A stretch of 64,000 bases of DNA from Patescibacteria group bacterium (lineage in GTDB: Bacteria; Patescibacteriota; Patescibacteriia; Patescibacteriales; UBA12465): the NCBI GenBank assembly GCA_041671365.1, contig JBAZBP010000002.1, positions 1,052-65,051 of the forward strand, written 5' to 3'. A program made the position numbers and the translations under genes. The notes beneath the pieces were generated by a model, which saw only the letters and a list, made by a program, of their open reading frames with translations, did no database searches and was not told the DNA's origin. Positions 43,466-53,174 of the stretch are shown one piece after another (within the stretch, counting starts at the first letter, position 1; each line of letters opens with the position of its first letter).

Positions 43466-43478
43466 AATAATTTTTAAT

Positions 43479-43865
43479 ATGAAGACGACGCGGTTATTAC
43501 AATCGATTCTGATATTTTCTCTTCTGTTATTGGCGCGACAGGCCAGCGCAAATTGCATGTGGACTACTCATAATCAATGTATAGATATCGGAACAAGCAA
43601 TGATTGGGCTTCATCGACTGAAACTAATTGTAATATTAATCAAAAACCAGCCGGTACGACTAAGTGTTGCTGCGCCGACTCCATTCTCGGGTGTTGTGAA
43701 AAAAAAGACAATCTCGGAACCATTACAACCGCCAATATGCTTGGCGAGAATTGCCAAAATATCACAACTGCCAGTACAACTTTTTTTCAAGATTTTCTAG
43801 CTGATAATAATACTTGCAAAGATAAAAATTCTTCTAAAACTACCGGCTCTAATAGCGCCAGCGGC
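43479..43865 (+). repeat. 387-bp perfect direct repeat, copy 2
   Basis: See copy 1. The offset is 1477 bp. Confidence 0.9.
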
Positions 43866-44957
43866 AACTGTCAATGGGAAAAAGGCAATTTTTCTCTAAA
43901 TTTTGAAAACCGCTGTGATTATCTACAAATGATATCGACTAAAGATGAAACTAAATGTGCCAAATCAGAAAAAATAGTTCTAGTCTCTACTGAAGAGGCT
44001 ACCTATCAGAACACCTGTTGCTGTCCAATTGCCAAACTCGCTCCTGTCACCTTCACTCCCATTAAACTTATCACGCCCAACATTCAAATTCCCATTCCCG
44101 GGCTGACATTAACTCCGGCCGATTCAATCCAGCCGACGGAAAACTCTAACGGATCTTTTTCTCTCAGTATTCCCTGGATTTCCGAATATATAATCGGTAT
44201 TTATAATTATGGCACCGCTATTGCCGGAATTTTAGCGGCGATAATACTGATGGCCGGCGGGGTTCTCTGGCTTATCTCGGCCGGTGATGCTTCAAAAATA
44301 ACGCAAGCCAAAGAATTAATTACCGGCAGTATTACCGGATTAATTATTCTAATTTCTTCCTATCTTATTCTTTATACGATCAGTCCGGAATTGACGATAT
44401 TTAAATCAATTAATATCGGGACGGTTCAACATGAAGATTTTAAATTTGCCGAAGCAAAACTCGGCTCTACGGCCGAACAATTTAAAAATATGACCTGCGC
44501 CACAGAAGCAGAATTAACTAATGGAATTGAGTTTTACGCTACGGGTTATTTTAAAATGCCTTGGCAATCGGCGCAAGACATAAAATATCTTTGCATGGTG
44601 CACATGCAGGGCACCTGCCCTAACGGCATAATGAAAGATCAACAATGTATTGAAAATAAACAATTTATTTTTCCTGATTATCCGAATTATCAACCCTGCG
44701 AACCATTTTCATCTGATCTATATAATAAATATTTTAATGACCCAAAATTGAAAGTCGGTGAAACTATCGCCGGGCCGATAAATTGCGGAGGCAGTTTATC
44801 TATGGGCAAACAAGTATGTTTTAATGGAAAAACTTATACGATAGCTGATAGCGGCGGCGGCATTCAGGGAAGAAGAATAGATATTTTAAGTTCCTCAGAA
44901 AAAGATGCCCTTAACAACACTAAGCAAGGAACTTTAAAATCCGGTGCCTGCAAATAA
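43479..44957 (+). CDS. T4SS-pilin-like domain protein fused to a C-terminal 3D (MltA/RlpA-like) domain
   Basis: The track start 43437 overlaps the previous gene. ATG 43479 reproduces the identical MKTTRLLQSILIF signal peptide. The C-terminus reads GETIAGP...GKTYTIADSGGGIQGRRIDIL, the 3D-domain pattern. Confidence 0.75.
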   Translation: MKTTRLLQSILIFSLLLLARQASANCMWTTHNQCIDIGTSNDWASSTETNCNINQKPAGTTKCCCADSILGCCEKKDNLGTITTANMLGENCQNITTASTTFFQDFLADNNTCKDKNSSKTTGSNSASGNCQWEKGNFSLNFENRCDYLQMISTKDETKCAKSEKIVLVSTEEATYQNTCCCPIAKLAPVTFTPIKLITPNIQIPIPGLTLTPADSIQPTENSNGSFSLSIPWISEYIIGIYNYGTAIAGILAAIILMAGGVLWLISAGDASKITQAKELITGSITGLIILISSYLILYTISPELTIFKSINIGTVQHEDFKFAEAKLGSTAEQFKNMTCATEAELTNGIEFYATGYFKMPWQSAQDIKYLCMVHMQGTCPNGIMKDQQCIENKQFIFPDYPNYQPCEPFSSDLYNKYFNDPKLKVGETIAGPINCGGSLSMGKQVCFNGKTYTIADSGGGIQGRRIDILSSSEKDALNNTKQGTLKSGACK

Positions 44958-45362
44958 TTACTTCCCCCGATCCATCGCCTCATTCGCCAGCCGATCCGCC
45001 TCCTGATTATTCTCCCGCGGAATATGCGTATAAGTAATTTTCTTATAAGCTAAAGAGAGATTATAAATAGTTAAAAACAAAGGCGCCAGGTCTTTGTTTT
45101 TTACTTTATATTCATGTCTTAATTGTTTAACTACCAATTCACTATCCAGATAACAGTCGAGCTCCGTCGCGCCCAGTTCAGTCGCTTTTTTAAAGGCCGC
45201 AATCAGAGCGCGATATTCCGCCTGATTATTAGTCGCTACGCCTAAAAATTCGGAAATCTCCGCGATGACTTTTTTATGTTCATTATAGAGAACCGCGCCG
45301 ATCCCGGCCGGACCGGGATTACCGCGCGCTCCGCCATCGGTATAAATTATTAATTTGTTCAT
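44958..45362 (-). CDS. rnhA: Ribonuclease HI-family protein
   Basis: 134 aa with IYTDGGARGNPGPAGIG, NNQAEYRAL, DSELVV and NQEADRLAN. Confidence 0.85.
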   Translation of the reverse strand: MNKLIIYTDGGARGNPGPAGIGAVLYNEHKKVIAEISEFLGVATNNQAEYRALIAAFKKATELGATELDCYLDSELVVKQLRHEYKVKNKDLAPLFLTIYNLSLAYKKITYTHIPRENNQEADRLANEAMDRGK

Positions 45363-45392
45363 AATATTAATTATTTATATTTTCTATTAAAC

Positions 45393-45511
45393 AATTTTAT
45401 AGGAATTATGTTTTTCCCGCTAGTTCTTTTCTGGGGAAAAAAGTCGCGAAACGCTCCTTTTTTCTGGACGAAAAGAACAATCGCTCCTTAAAACATAATT
45501 CCTATAAAATT
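45393..45511. repeat. Structured intergenic repeat, copy 2
   Basis: 18-bp perfect outer stem aattttataggaattatg/cataattcctataaaatt enclosing the 83-nt core 45411-45493. Confidence 0.7.
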
Positions 45512-45518
45512 ATAATCT

Positions 45519-47303
45519 CTATACCATACTACTAATTCTTATATCTACGATCTTTAACTGCGCTTCCCTTCGGCCGTTAAATTCATTAATTTCTAAATAA
45601 TAAACCAAATCGATTAAATCGCCAATATTAAATTTTTTATATTCTTGTGCCGCTCCAAAGGCTAGAGCCCAAAAAGCGTTCATTTTCCCCGTCAACGGAT
45701 CCGCCGCCGACAAACGCAGTTTAATATGTTGATCATCAAATCCCATAGTCACAATATCGTCCAGACGCAAATTATAACTGACAAACCGCGGCTGAGGATT
45801 GTTTTGGCCATAAGGTGCGAGACTATTAATTTGATCGGCTAAATCTAAAGAAATTTCTTTAAATTCCAACTCCGCCTCTATTTTTAATTTAGGAATTAGA
45901 GCGGTCGAGTCTAACTGTTTCGCGGCTAAAGCGAGCATCTGTTTTTTAAAAGCCTCTAAATTTTTTTCACTAATTAAAGAAAAGCCGCAAGCCATCGGAT
46001 GCCCGCCGTACTTATCCAGATACTCGGCACAAGCTTCAATGGCCGCAATTAAATTAAATCCTTCGATTGAACGTCCCGAACTTTTAAAAGCTATTTTCTT
46101 AGGAATTAATTTTTTAGTTTTCGAATCAAATTCCGCTTCTTCGATCAACCGCGTAATAATTAGAGTCGGCCGGTAATATTTTTCCGCGATTCGCCCGGCG
46201 ACCAATCCGATGACTCCTTCATTCCAAATCTGATCCGAACCGGCGACACTGATAATCACCAGGGGTAAATTAGTAGGATCGATTTGCGCTTCCACTTGAG
46301 CGGTAATTTCGGCGGTAATTTTCTGTCGACTGATATTACGCTCATTGAGTTCATTCGCTAATTCTTTGGCCTCGGCCGGATCAGTCGTGGTTAATAAAGC
46401 GAAGGCACTATTAGCGTGCGCTAGGCGACTGGCGGCATTTAATCGCGGTCCGATTTGCCAGCCGATATTCCAAGCTTCCAGCGATCGACCGCTGTTAATT
46501 TTAGCAACTTTAATTAATTCATTTAATCCCAAACGCTTGCCGATATTTAAAATTTTTAAGCCATCTTTAACCAGTTGACGATTTTCTCCTAAAAGACTAA
46601 CCATGTCGGCCACCGTGCCGACCGCCACTAAATCTAAACATTTATCGCTGATTAATTTTTTTTGGGCTTCAGTAACATTAGCTTTAGTAAGCAGAGCGCT
46701 AACCAATTTAAAAGCCACGCCGACTCCGGCCAAATATTTCCAAGGATAATTATCTCGCGTATCGGACGGATTAATATAAAGACAGGCCGGCAAATCCTCC
46801 TCTTTTTCCGGAAGAATATGATGATCGGTTATAATAACGTCTAGTCCCAATTTTTGTGCATAGGCGACTTCATCTTTATTCCTTATGCCATTATCAACCG
46901 TAATTATTAATTTAAAACCCTGCTCTACGATAGAATTAATCGCCGCTTTATTTAATCCATAGCCCTCGGAAACTCGATCCGGCAAATAAACTTCCGCCAC
47001 CCCATGCAAAATATTCAAAGTCTCCAGTAAAATAACGGCCGAGGTTACTCCGTCGGCATCATAGTCGCCATAAACCACAATCTTATTCCCTGATTTAATA
47101 TGTTTAATTATTAAATCCACGACGTTCGTCATGTTTTTAAATAAGAAAGGATCGTAAAAATCTGTGTCGCTAAAAATTGCCCGCATGTCCGCCGTTTCTT
47201 TTAAACCGCGATTAAAAAGCAGCTGGAGCATGAGCGGATTAACATCCGAATGAGCGGCCAAAAACTCCGAACTAATTTTAGGTAATACTTGCCAGTTTTT
47301 CAT
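45519..47303 (-). CDS. recJ: Single-stranded-DNA-specific exonuclease RecJ
   Basis: 594 aa with DYDADGVTS, ITVDNG and ITDHH (DHH family). Confidence 0.9.
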   Translation of the reverse strand: MKNWQVLPKISSEFLAAHSDVNPLMLQLLFNRGLKETADMRAIFSDTDFYDPFLFKNMTNVVDLIIKHIKSGNKIVVYGDYDADGVTSAVILLETLNILHGVAEVYLPDRVSEGYGLNKAAINSIVEQGFKLIITVDNGIRNKDEVAYAQKLGLDVIITDHHILPEKEEDLPACLYINPSDTRDNYPWKYLAGVGVAFKLVSALLTKANVTEAQKKLISDKCLDLVAVGTVADMVSLLGENRQLVKDGLKILNIGKRLGLNELIKVAKINSGRSLEAWNIGWQIGPRLNAASRLAHANSAFALLTTTDPAEAKELANELNERNISRQKITAEITAQVEAQIDPTNLPLVIISVAGSDQIWNEGVIGLVAGRIAEKYYRPTLIITRLIEEAEFDSKTKKLIPKKIAFKSSGRSIEGFNLIAAIEACAEYLDKYGGHPMACGFSLISEKNLEAFKKQMLALAAKQLDSTALIPKLKIEAELEFKEISLDLADQINSLAPYGQNNPQPRFVSYNLRLDDIVTMGFDDQHIKLRLSAADPLTGKMNAFWALAFGAAQEYKKFNIGDLIDLVYYLEINEFNGRREAQLKIVDIRISSMV

Positions 47304-47308
47304 GATAT

Positions 47309-47410
47309 TTATTGAATAAAGCCAACGGCCGCAGTCCAGGCCACCATCGACAGAACCACAATACTAGAAAGAATAATCCACAAAATTTTAATCACTTTTC
47401 GTCTTTTCAT
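47309..47410 (-). CDS. Possible 33-aa membrane peptide
   Basis: Hand-read MKRRKVIKILWIILSSIVVLSMVAWTAAVGFIQ. It fills the lepA-recJ gap, but there is no other support. Confidence 0.25.
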   Translation of the reverse strand: MKRRKVIKILWIILSSIVVLSMVAWTAAVGFIQ

Positions 47411-47414
47411 AATA

Positions 47415-49250
47415 TTATCGTTTTAAAATTTTAACAAAAGTGTCGGGCGGGATGTCCACGCTTCCCTTGCCGGCGGCCATCATTTTTTTCTTGCCCTTTT
47501 TCTGTTTTTCTAAAAGCTTCCGTTTTCGACTGACATCGCCGCCATATAATTTAGCGGTCACGTCCTTACGCATCGCCGACAAAGTCTCGGAAGCGATAAT
47601 TTTGCCATTAAGAGCGGCTTGAATTTTAACGGCGAACATCTGCCGCGCCAGGCTTTGTTTTAAAATTTCGACAATTTTTCGTCCCTCATGATAGGCTTCA
47701 TCGCGATAAACTATCGTCGCCAAGGCTTCAATAATGTCTTCCGCCACCAAAATATCCATTTTAACCACATCCGCCGGACGATAATCCAGATAATCATAAT
47801 TAATGGAAGCATAACCGGCAGAAACACTTTTTATCTTATCATAAAAATCCGTTAAAATCGCCGCCAACGGTATTTCGTAGTGCAATAAAACGCGGCTGTC
47901 GTCGCCATCAGTCGAAATATATTCGGTATTTTTATAAATTCCTCTTTTTTCCTGGGCCAATTTAATAATATTACCTAAATATTTTTTCGGAGTGATAATG
48001 TCTAATTTTACCCAGGGCTCTTCAATCAAACTGACTTGAGTCGGATCGGGCAGGCGTTGCGGCGTCCGGATAACGATTTCCTCGCCGCTGCTCTTTAAAA
48101 TTTTATAAGCGACGCTCGGAACAGTAACGATTAAATTTAAATTGTATTCTCGCCGTAATCTTTCCTGAAAAATTTCCAAATGCAATAATCCTAAAAAACC
48201 GCAGCGAAAACCAAAGCCCAAAGCGTCCGATCTTTCCGGCTCATAAACCAGAGCCGCGTCATTCAGTTTTAATTTGGCCATCGCTTCGCGCAATTCCTTA
48301 AAATCATTGCCTTCGTGCGGAAAAATTCCGGCAAAAACCATGGGGCGAACCTCCTTATATCCCGGCAATGGCTTTAACTCTTCCGAATTAATCACACCGC
48401 GATTAGCCGTTAAAGTATCGCCGACGCGACAATCCGCCACTTGTTTAAAGCCGGTGATGACATAACCGATTTCCCCGGTTTGCAATTCACCGGTAGAAAA
48501 ATAATCCGGTTTAAAAAATCCGCAATCCAGTACTTCACTCTGCGAATTGGTCGATAATAACTTAATTTTATCTCCTTTCTTCAGAGAACCGTTAAAAACT
48601 CGGACATAAGCCACTACACCGCGATAAGTATCGTATTTGGAATCAAAAATTAGAGCCCGGGGATAATCTTGATGGCCAATTACTTTATTTTCTTCGGTCG
48701 GCGCCATCGGAAAACTGCCGCGAGCAATAACGGCTTCCAAAACTTCCTGAACCCCAACCCCAGTTTTGCCTGAGGCGCAAATTATATCCTCAATTTTACA
48801 ACCCAGAAGTTCCATTATTTCTTTTTGAGTTTTTATGATGTCCGCCGCCGGCAAATCGATTTTATTCACCACCGGAATAATCGTTAAATTCTGTTCGAGC
48901 GCCAAATATAAATTAGCCAGGGTCTGCGCCTGAATCCCCTGCGTACAATCTACCAGTAAAACCGCCGTTTCCACGGCCGCCAAAGAACGCGAAACTTCAT
49001 AAGAAAAATCCACGTGCCCGGGAGTATCGATTAAATTTAATTGATGACCCTGATAATTCATGGTTACCGGCTGCAGCTTAATCGTAATACCTCGTTCCCG
49101 TTCAATATCCATCCCGTCCAAAATTTGCTCTTTCATTTTCCATTTTTCTACCGTTCCGGTCAATTCCAACATCCGATCGGCCAAGGTCGACTTACCGTGA
49201 TCGATGTGAGCAATAATGCAAAAATTCCTAATTTTTTTTATATCAAACAT
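47415..49250 (-). CDS. lepA: Translation elongation factor 4 (LepA)
   Basis: 611 aa with NFCIIAHIDHGKSTLADR and DTPGHVDF, plus a LepA C-terminal domain length. Confidence 0.95.
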   Translation of the reverse strand: MFDIKKIRNFCIIAHIDHGKSTLADRMLELTGTVEKWKMKEQILDGMDIERERGITIKLQPVTMNYQGHQLNLIDTPGHVDFSYEVSRSLAAVETAVLLVDCTQGIQAQTLANLYLALEQNLTIIPVVNKIDLPAADIIKTQKEIMELLGCKIEDIICASGKTGVGVQEVLEAVIARGSFPMAPTEENKVIGHQDYPRALIFDSKYDTYRGVVAYVRVFNGSLKKGDKIKLLSTNSQSEVLDCGFFKPDYFSTGELQTGEIGYVITGFKQVADCRVGDTLTANRGVINSEELKPLPGYKEVRPMVFAGIFPHEGNDFKELREAMAKLKLNDAALVYEPERSDALGFGFRCGFLGLLHLEIFQERLRREYNLNLIVTVPSVAYKILKSSGEEIVIRTPQRLPDPTQVSLIEEPWVKLDIITPKKYLGNIIKLAQEKRGIYKNTEYISTDGDDSRVLLHYEIPLAAILTDFYDKIKSVSAGYASINYDYLDYRPADVVKMDILVAEDIIEALATIVYRDEAYHEGRKIVEILKQSLARQMFAVKIQAALNGKIIASETLSAMRKDVTAKLYGGDVSRKRKLLEKQKKGKKKMMAAGKGSVDIPPDTFVKILKR

Positions 49251-49262
49251 AAATAATATTAT

Positions 49263-50912
49263 TTAAATGCCTCTAGCCTCGCCTTGATCGCCGATATCAA
49301 CCTTTTTAAACGGCCACCGATTATTTAAAGATGATAAAAATCCGGATAATTCTTCACTTCTAAACAAATAACAAAAACCCAGATACACCAAGATACCAAC
49401 CAATCCGGCGGAACATAATTGAATAAAAACTCCACTAAATTTAGTCATATCAATAAAAGGCCAAACTAAAGCTTTCGTGATTTGTGCCGCTCCTCCGCCG
49501 GCAATGGCGCTGACTATTAATTTAAAGACTTCCTTTAAGGTTCGATCAATATCTAAATTACCAATAGCCAATGATAACCAAATCCACAATAATATAAATT
49601 GTAAAATATTGTCGATTGAAAAGGCTAAGGCTAGTCCGGTCACACCCAGGCGCGGTGCTAAAATTAAAGCTAAAACAGTGTTAACCGCTACGGTAAACAA
49701 ACTAATATAAAGGGGCGTAACCGAATCATGCCGCGCATAAAAAACTCGTATGATTAAAGGAACAAGGGCTTGGGCAAATAAACTTAGAGCAAAAAAACCT
49801 AACGTATTCATGGTTAAAGTCGTGTCTTGCCAATTAAATTTACCCGAACCCAAAACTACCCGAATAATCTGAGCCCGTAAAGCGATAATCAAAACCGTGG
49901 CGGGAATTATAAAAAATAAAATTTTCCGCAGAGTCTGGGAAAAATTAGCAATCAATTCATCTTTATTAAAAGCATTGGCGGCCAACACCGGAAAGGCAGC
50001 AATAGCAAAAGAAATTCCAAATATACCAATCGGAAATGATTGTAAGTTGTTAGCAAAATTAAAAATCGCCAAAGAGCCGCTAGTTAAATTCGAAGCAATC
50101 AAAGTCACAATAACTAAATTAATTTGCGTAATACTCAAACTCAAGGTTCGCGGAATCATCATTTTAATAATTTTTCTGGTATTAGAATCACGCCAATTAA
50201 TTTTAAAACGATAGCGCCAACCCAGATGACAAACTGTCGGTATTTGAATGGTCATATGTAAAGCCGCTCCCAGAACCACGCCCCAGGCTAATCCATAAAG
50301 ACCCCACCATTGCACAAAATATAAAGCTCCGATAATAATACCTAAATTATAAAAAATCGGAGCCAGCGAATAAATTAAAAATCTCTTAAAGGATTGCAAA
50401 ATACCGCCAAAAATTCCGGAGATGCCTAAAAATAACGGCGACAAAAACATAATCCGCGTTAGATTGGCCGTCCAAATCTGTTGAGAAGAATTAAACCCCG
50501 GGGTAATTAATTTGGTTAAGATCGGCGCCAGAATAATTCCGATAATCGATAAAATGGCCAAGGCTAAAAATAAAAAATTTAAAACATTATTCACTAAATC
50601 CCAGGCCTCGGAATTTTTAACACATCCTTCGCCGTCAGCCTCATTTTCACATTTAAAATCACGGACGACGGCCGTAAAAATCGGAATAAAACCGGCGGAT
50701 AGCGCCCCTAAGACAATAATATTAAAAATCAAATCAGGAACACGAAAAGCGGCATAATAAATATCCAGAGTTTCCCCGGCTCCGAATTGGCCGGCCAAGA
50801 TTCGGTCGCGTACAATTCCTAAAAAACGCGAGGCCAAAGACGACAAGGCCACTAAGGCGGCCGCCACCGTAATGTTATTTATTTGTTTTTTAAAAATATT
50901 CTTAAAAGTCAT
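49263..50912 (-). CDS. murJ: Lipid II flippase MurJ (MviN family)
   Basis: 549 aa and polytopic. N-terminal SRFLGIVRDRILAGQFGAGETLDIYYAAFRVPD is typical of MurJ. Confidence 0.9.
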   Translation of the reverse strand: MTFKNIFKKQINNITVAAALVALSSLASRFLGIVRDRILAGQFGAGETLDIYYAAFRVPDLIFNIIVLGALSAGFIPIFTAVVRDFKCENEADGEGCVKNSEAWDLVNNVLNFLFLALAILSIIGIILAPILTKLITPGFNSSQQIWTANLTRIMFLSPLFLGISGIFGGILQSFKRFLIYSLAPIFYNLGIIIGALYFVQWWGLYGLAWGVVLGAALHMTIQIPTVCHLGWRYRFKINWRDSNTRKIIKMMIPRTLSLSITQINLVIVTLIASNLTSGSLAIFNFANNLQSFPIGIFGISFAIAAFPVLAANAFNKDELIANFSQTLRKILFFIIPATVLIIALRAQIIRVVLGSGKFNWQDTTLTMNTLGFFALSLFAQALVPLIIRVFYARHDSVTPLYISLFTVAVNTVLALILAPRLGVTGLALAFSIDNILQFILLWIWLSLAIGNLDIDRTLKEVFKLIVSAIAGGGAAQITKALVWPFIDMTKFSGVFIQLCSAGLVGILVYLGFCYLFRSEELSGFLSSLNNRWPFKKVDIGDQGEARGI

Positions 50913-50924
50913 ATTTTAACTCTT

Positions 50925-52424
50925 TTATCTTAACGGTTTCTGGCGATAATACAAGGTCTGTAAATTATCCAAGGTCTTATCATAACCGGGATTGACCTCA
51001 AGTTCGCTTTTAAATTCTTTATCCGCTTCCCTATATTTTTTTTGATCCATATAAATTACACCTAAATTATTATGGACCATCGGTTCTTGGGGATTTAAGC
51101 CGAGAGCCAGCGCGTCATGATTAATCGCTTGGATATAATCACCGGAAAAATAATACATTACTCCCAAATTTTTTTGGGCCAGGGGTGAATGCGGCGAAGT
51201 TTTTACCGCCGCTTGCCAGAAAGTCATCGGATCATAAAAATTTCGACTTTGAACTAAAGTTAAAATTGAAAAAAATATCAATAACATTGTCCCAGCCAAT
51301 AAAACTTTCCTATTCTGCCAATTCGCTTCTTTTATCCAGTCGATTTCCGCCAAAATAATTAAAAAGCCAATCAAGGGAAGATATAAACGATGTTCTAACA
51401 GATAAGGAGCACTGTTCGATATGGCAAACGGGGGCAAGAAAAAAACAAGAAACCAGACTGTGCCAAAAAATAAATAATCATATCTCTTGCGTCGGGAAAA
51501 AAATAAAACTATTGTTAGGAGGGCCAGAGCGACTATTCCATATATTAAAGTAGAATCGGCCGAAACGGGCAGAACGCTTAGATTAAAAGGGAGAATCATT
51601 TTTCCGCCCATTACTAAAGCATTGGGAAGATTATTAATAATCGACCAGGCGGCTGAGAGAATTCCGACATTCTCCTTGGAAAAAGCTAAACTGCGCATAA
51701 TCAACCAGATAAAACCGGCCAAAAAAGAAAAAACAAAAATCAATATTCGATCAGTGTTCTGGGTTTGATCGCGTCGACCGATACTTAAAAAATAAGCCAA
51801 AACTAAAAGAGGAAAAAGTATCGCCGTTTCTTTAGTGAGTAACGCCAAAAAGAAAAAGGAAGTATAAGCCAATAAAGAAAGCAGCCTGGGACGCTTCGAA
51901 AAACTGATGAGTGATAAAACGGCCGCCAAGATAAAAATAGCCACCAGAGAGTCATTCCGACCAGGCAACCAGGCAACAGCCTGCGTTAACGCCGGATGAA
52001 CCAAAAAAAACAGAGAAAGGAAAAAAGCTAATGATTTTTTGGTCAATATTTCACTTAAAAGGACAAAAACTAAAATAACGGAAATAATATGTAAAATTAT
52101 ATTATCAAGATGATAAACAAAATAATGATGGCCGCCAAACTGAGCATCAATCATGAAAGAAAGATTAAGGAGCGGCCGATAATAAAAATTAGTTCCCGAA
52201 AAAAAAGCGTCAGTCGAAAAAATCGTGGCAATGTTTTTATAATCAGCCAATACGTTCTGCCGATCCAAGATTAAAGTATTATCATCCAAATAAGTTAAAT
52301 CAAAAAATAAGGTTTGACTATATAATAAAAAACCCAAAGCAAAAATAATAAAATAAGGCCGCCAAGTTTTTAAATTCCGCCAATTTCTAGTTTTTTCACC
52401 GCTTATTATCATAATTATTTTCAA
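50925..52424 (-). CDS. Polytopic membrane glycosyltransferase-like protein (PMT/GT39-like) with C-terminal TPR repeats
   Basis: 499 aa with ~10 TMs and a C-terminus AQKNLGVMYYFSGDYIQAI...HNNLGVIYMDQKKYREA (TPR). Confidence 0.65.
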   Translation of the reverse strand: MKIIMIISGEKTRNWRNLKTWRPYFIIFALGFLLYSQTLFFDLTYLDDNTLILDRQNVLADYKNIATIFSTDAFFSGTNFYYRPLLNLSFMIDAQFGGHHYFVYHLDNIILHIISVILVFVLLSEILTKKSLAFFLSLFFLVHPALTQAVAWLPGRNDSLVAIFILAAVLSLISFSKRPRLLSLLAYTSFFFLALLTKETAILFPLLVLAYFLSIGRRDQTQNTDRILIFVFSFLAGFIWLIMRSLAFSKENVGILSAAWSIINNLPNALVMGGKMILPFNLSVLPVSADSTLIYGIVALALLTIVLFFSRRKRYDYLFFGTVWFLVFFLPPFAISNSAPYLLEHRLYLPLIGFLIILAEIDWIKEANWQNRKVLLAGTMLLIFFSILTLVQSRNFYDPMTFWQAAVKTSPHSPLAQKNLGVMYYFSGDYIQAINHDALALGLNPQEPMVHNNLGVIYMDQKKYREADKEFKSELEVNPGYDKTLDNLQTLYYRQKPLR

Positions 52425-52452
52425 CTTATTATATCAACTTTATAAAAACAAA

Positions 52453-53166
52453 CTAGTTATGTTTGCCGAATAAGTATTTTAATCCAACCAGTACCGTCTC
52501 TAATCCATATTTCAGACTTCGTCTAAAATTAATCGATGACGCTTCCGGAAAATAACGGACCGGCACGGGAATTTCGCCAATTCGGTATTTCTTGGCAACA
52601 ACCTCAAATAAAACCTGGCTATCAAAAACAAAATCATCGGAATTCTTTAGCCAATCAATGTTCTGCAAAACCTCTTTTTTATACGCGCGCATACCAGTAT
52701 GCCATTCCGATAAATTTTGCCCGCTTACAAAATTTTCAAAAATAGTCAAAACGCGATTAGATATGTATTTATACAGAGGCATCCCGCCGGCTAAAGCTTC
52801 GTGGCGGCTCCTAATCCGCGTGCCGAGCATTACGTCAAAATAATCATCCCCGATAAATTCCGCTAAATATTTAACTAGTTTCGGATCATATTGATAGTCC
52901 GGATGAATCATCACAACAATATCGGCCCCATGATCAAGTGCTAAACGATAACAGGTTTTCTGATTAGCGCCATAACCGCCGTTGGTTTCATGGATAAAAA
53001 CAAACAGGCCGAGACGACGCGCCAAGTCAGCCGTCTCGTCATGGCTGGCGTCGTCAACCAAAATTATTTCATCAACCAGGGCCGGCAAATCTTTGACTGT
53101 CCGTTCTAAAGTACCGGCGGCATTATAAGCCGGTAAGACCACGATAATTTTTTTAGAATTGTACAT
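52453..53166 (-). CDS. Family 2 glycosyltransferase (polyprenol-phosphate sugar transferase-like)
   Basis: 237 aa with [12 protein letters not shown] and VDDASHDET. Confidence 0.85.
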   Translation of the reverse strand: MYNSKKIIVVLPAYNAAGTLERTVKDLPALVDEIILVDDASHDETADLARRLGLFVFIHETNGGYGANQKTCYRLALDHGADIVVMIHPDYQYDPKLVKYLAEFIGDDYFDVMLGTRIRSRHEALAGGMPLYKYISNRVLTIFENFVSGQNLSEWHTGMRAYKKEVLQNIDWLKNSDDFVFDSQVLFEVVAKKYRIGEIPVPVRYFPEASSINFRRSLKYGLETVLVGLKYLFGKHN

Positions 53167-53174
53167 AAGGTAAT

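Noticed and set aside
43437-43478. Upstream start codon for the third pilin-like gene
   Set aside because: It overlaps the preceding gene by 29 nt and adds a non-signal N-terminus. ATG 43479 gives the same signal peptide as the paralog and begins the perfect repeat.
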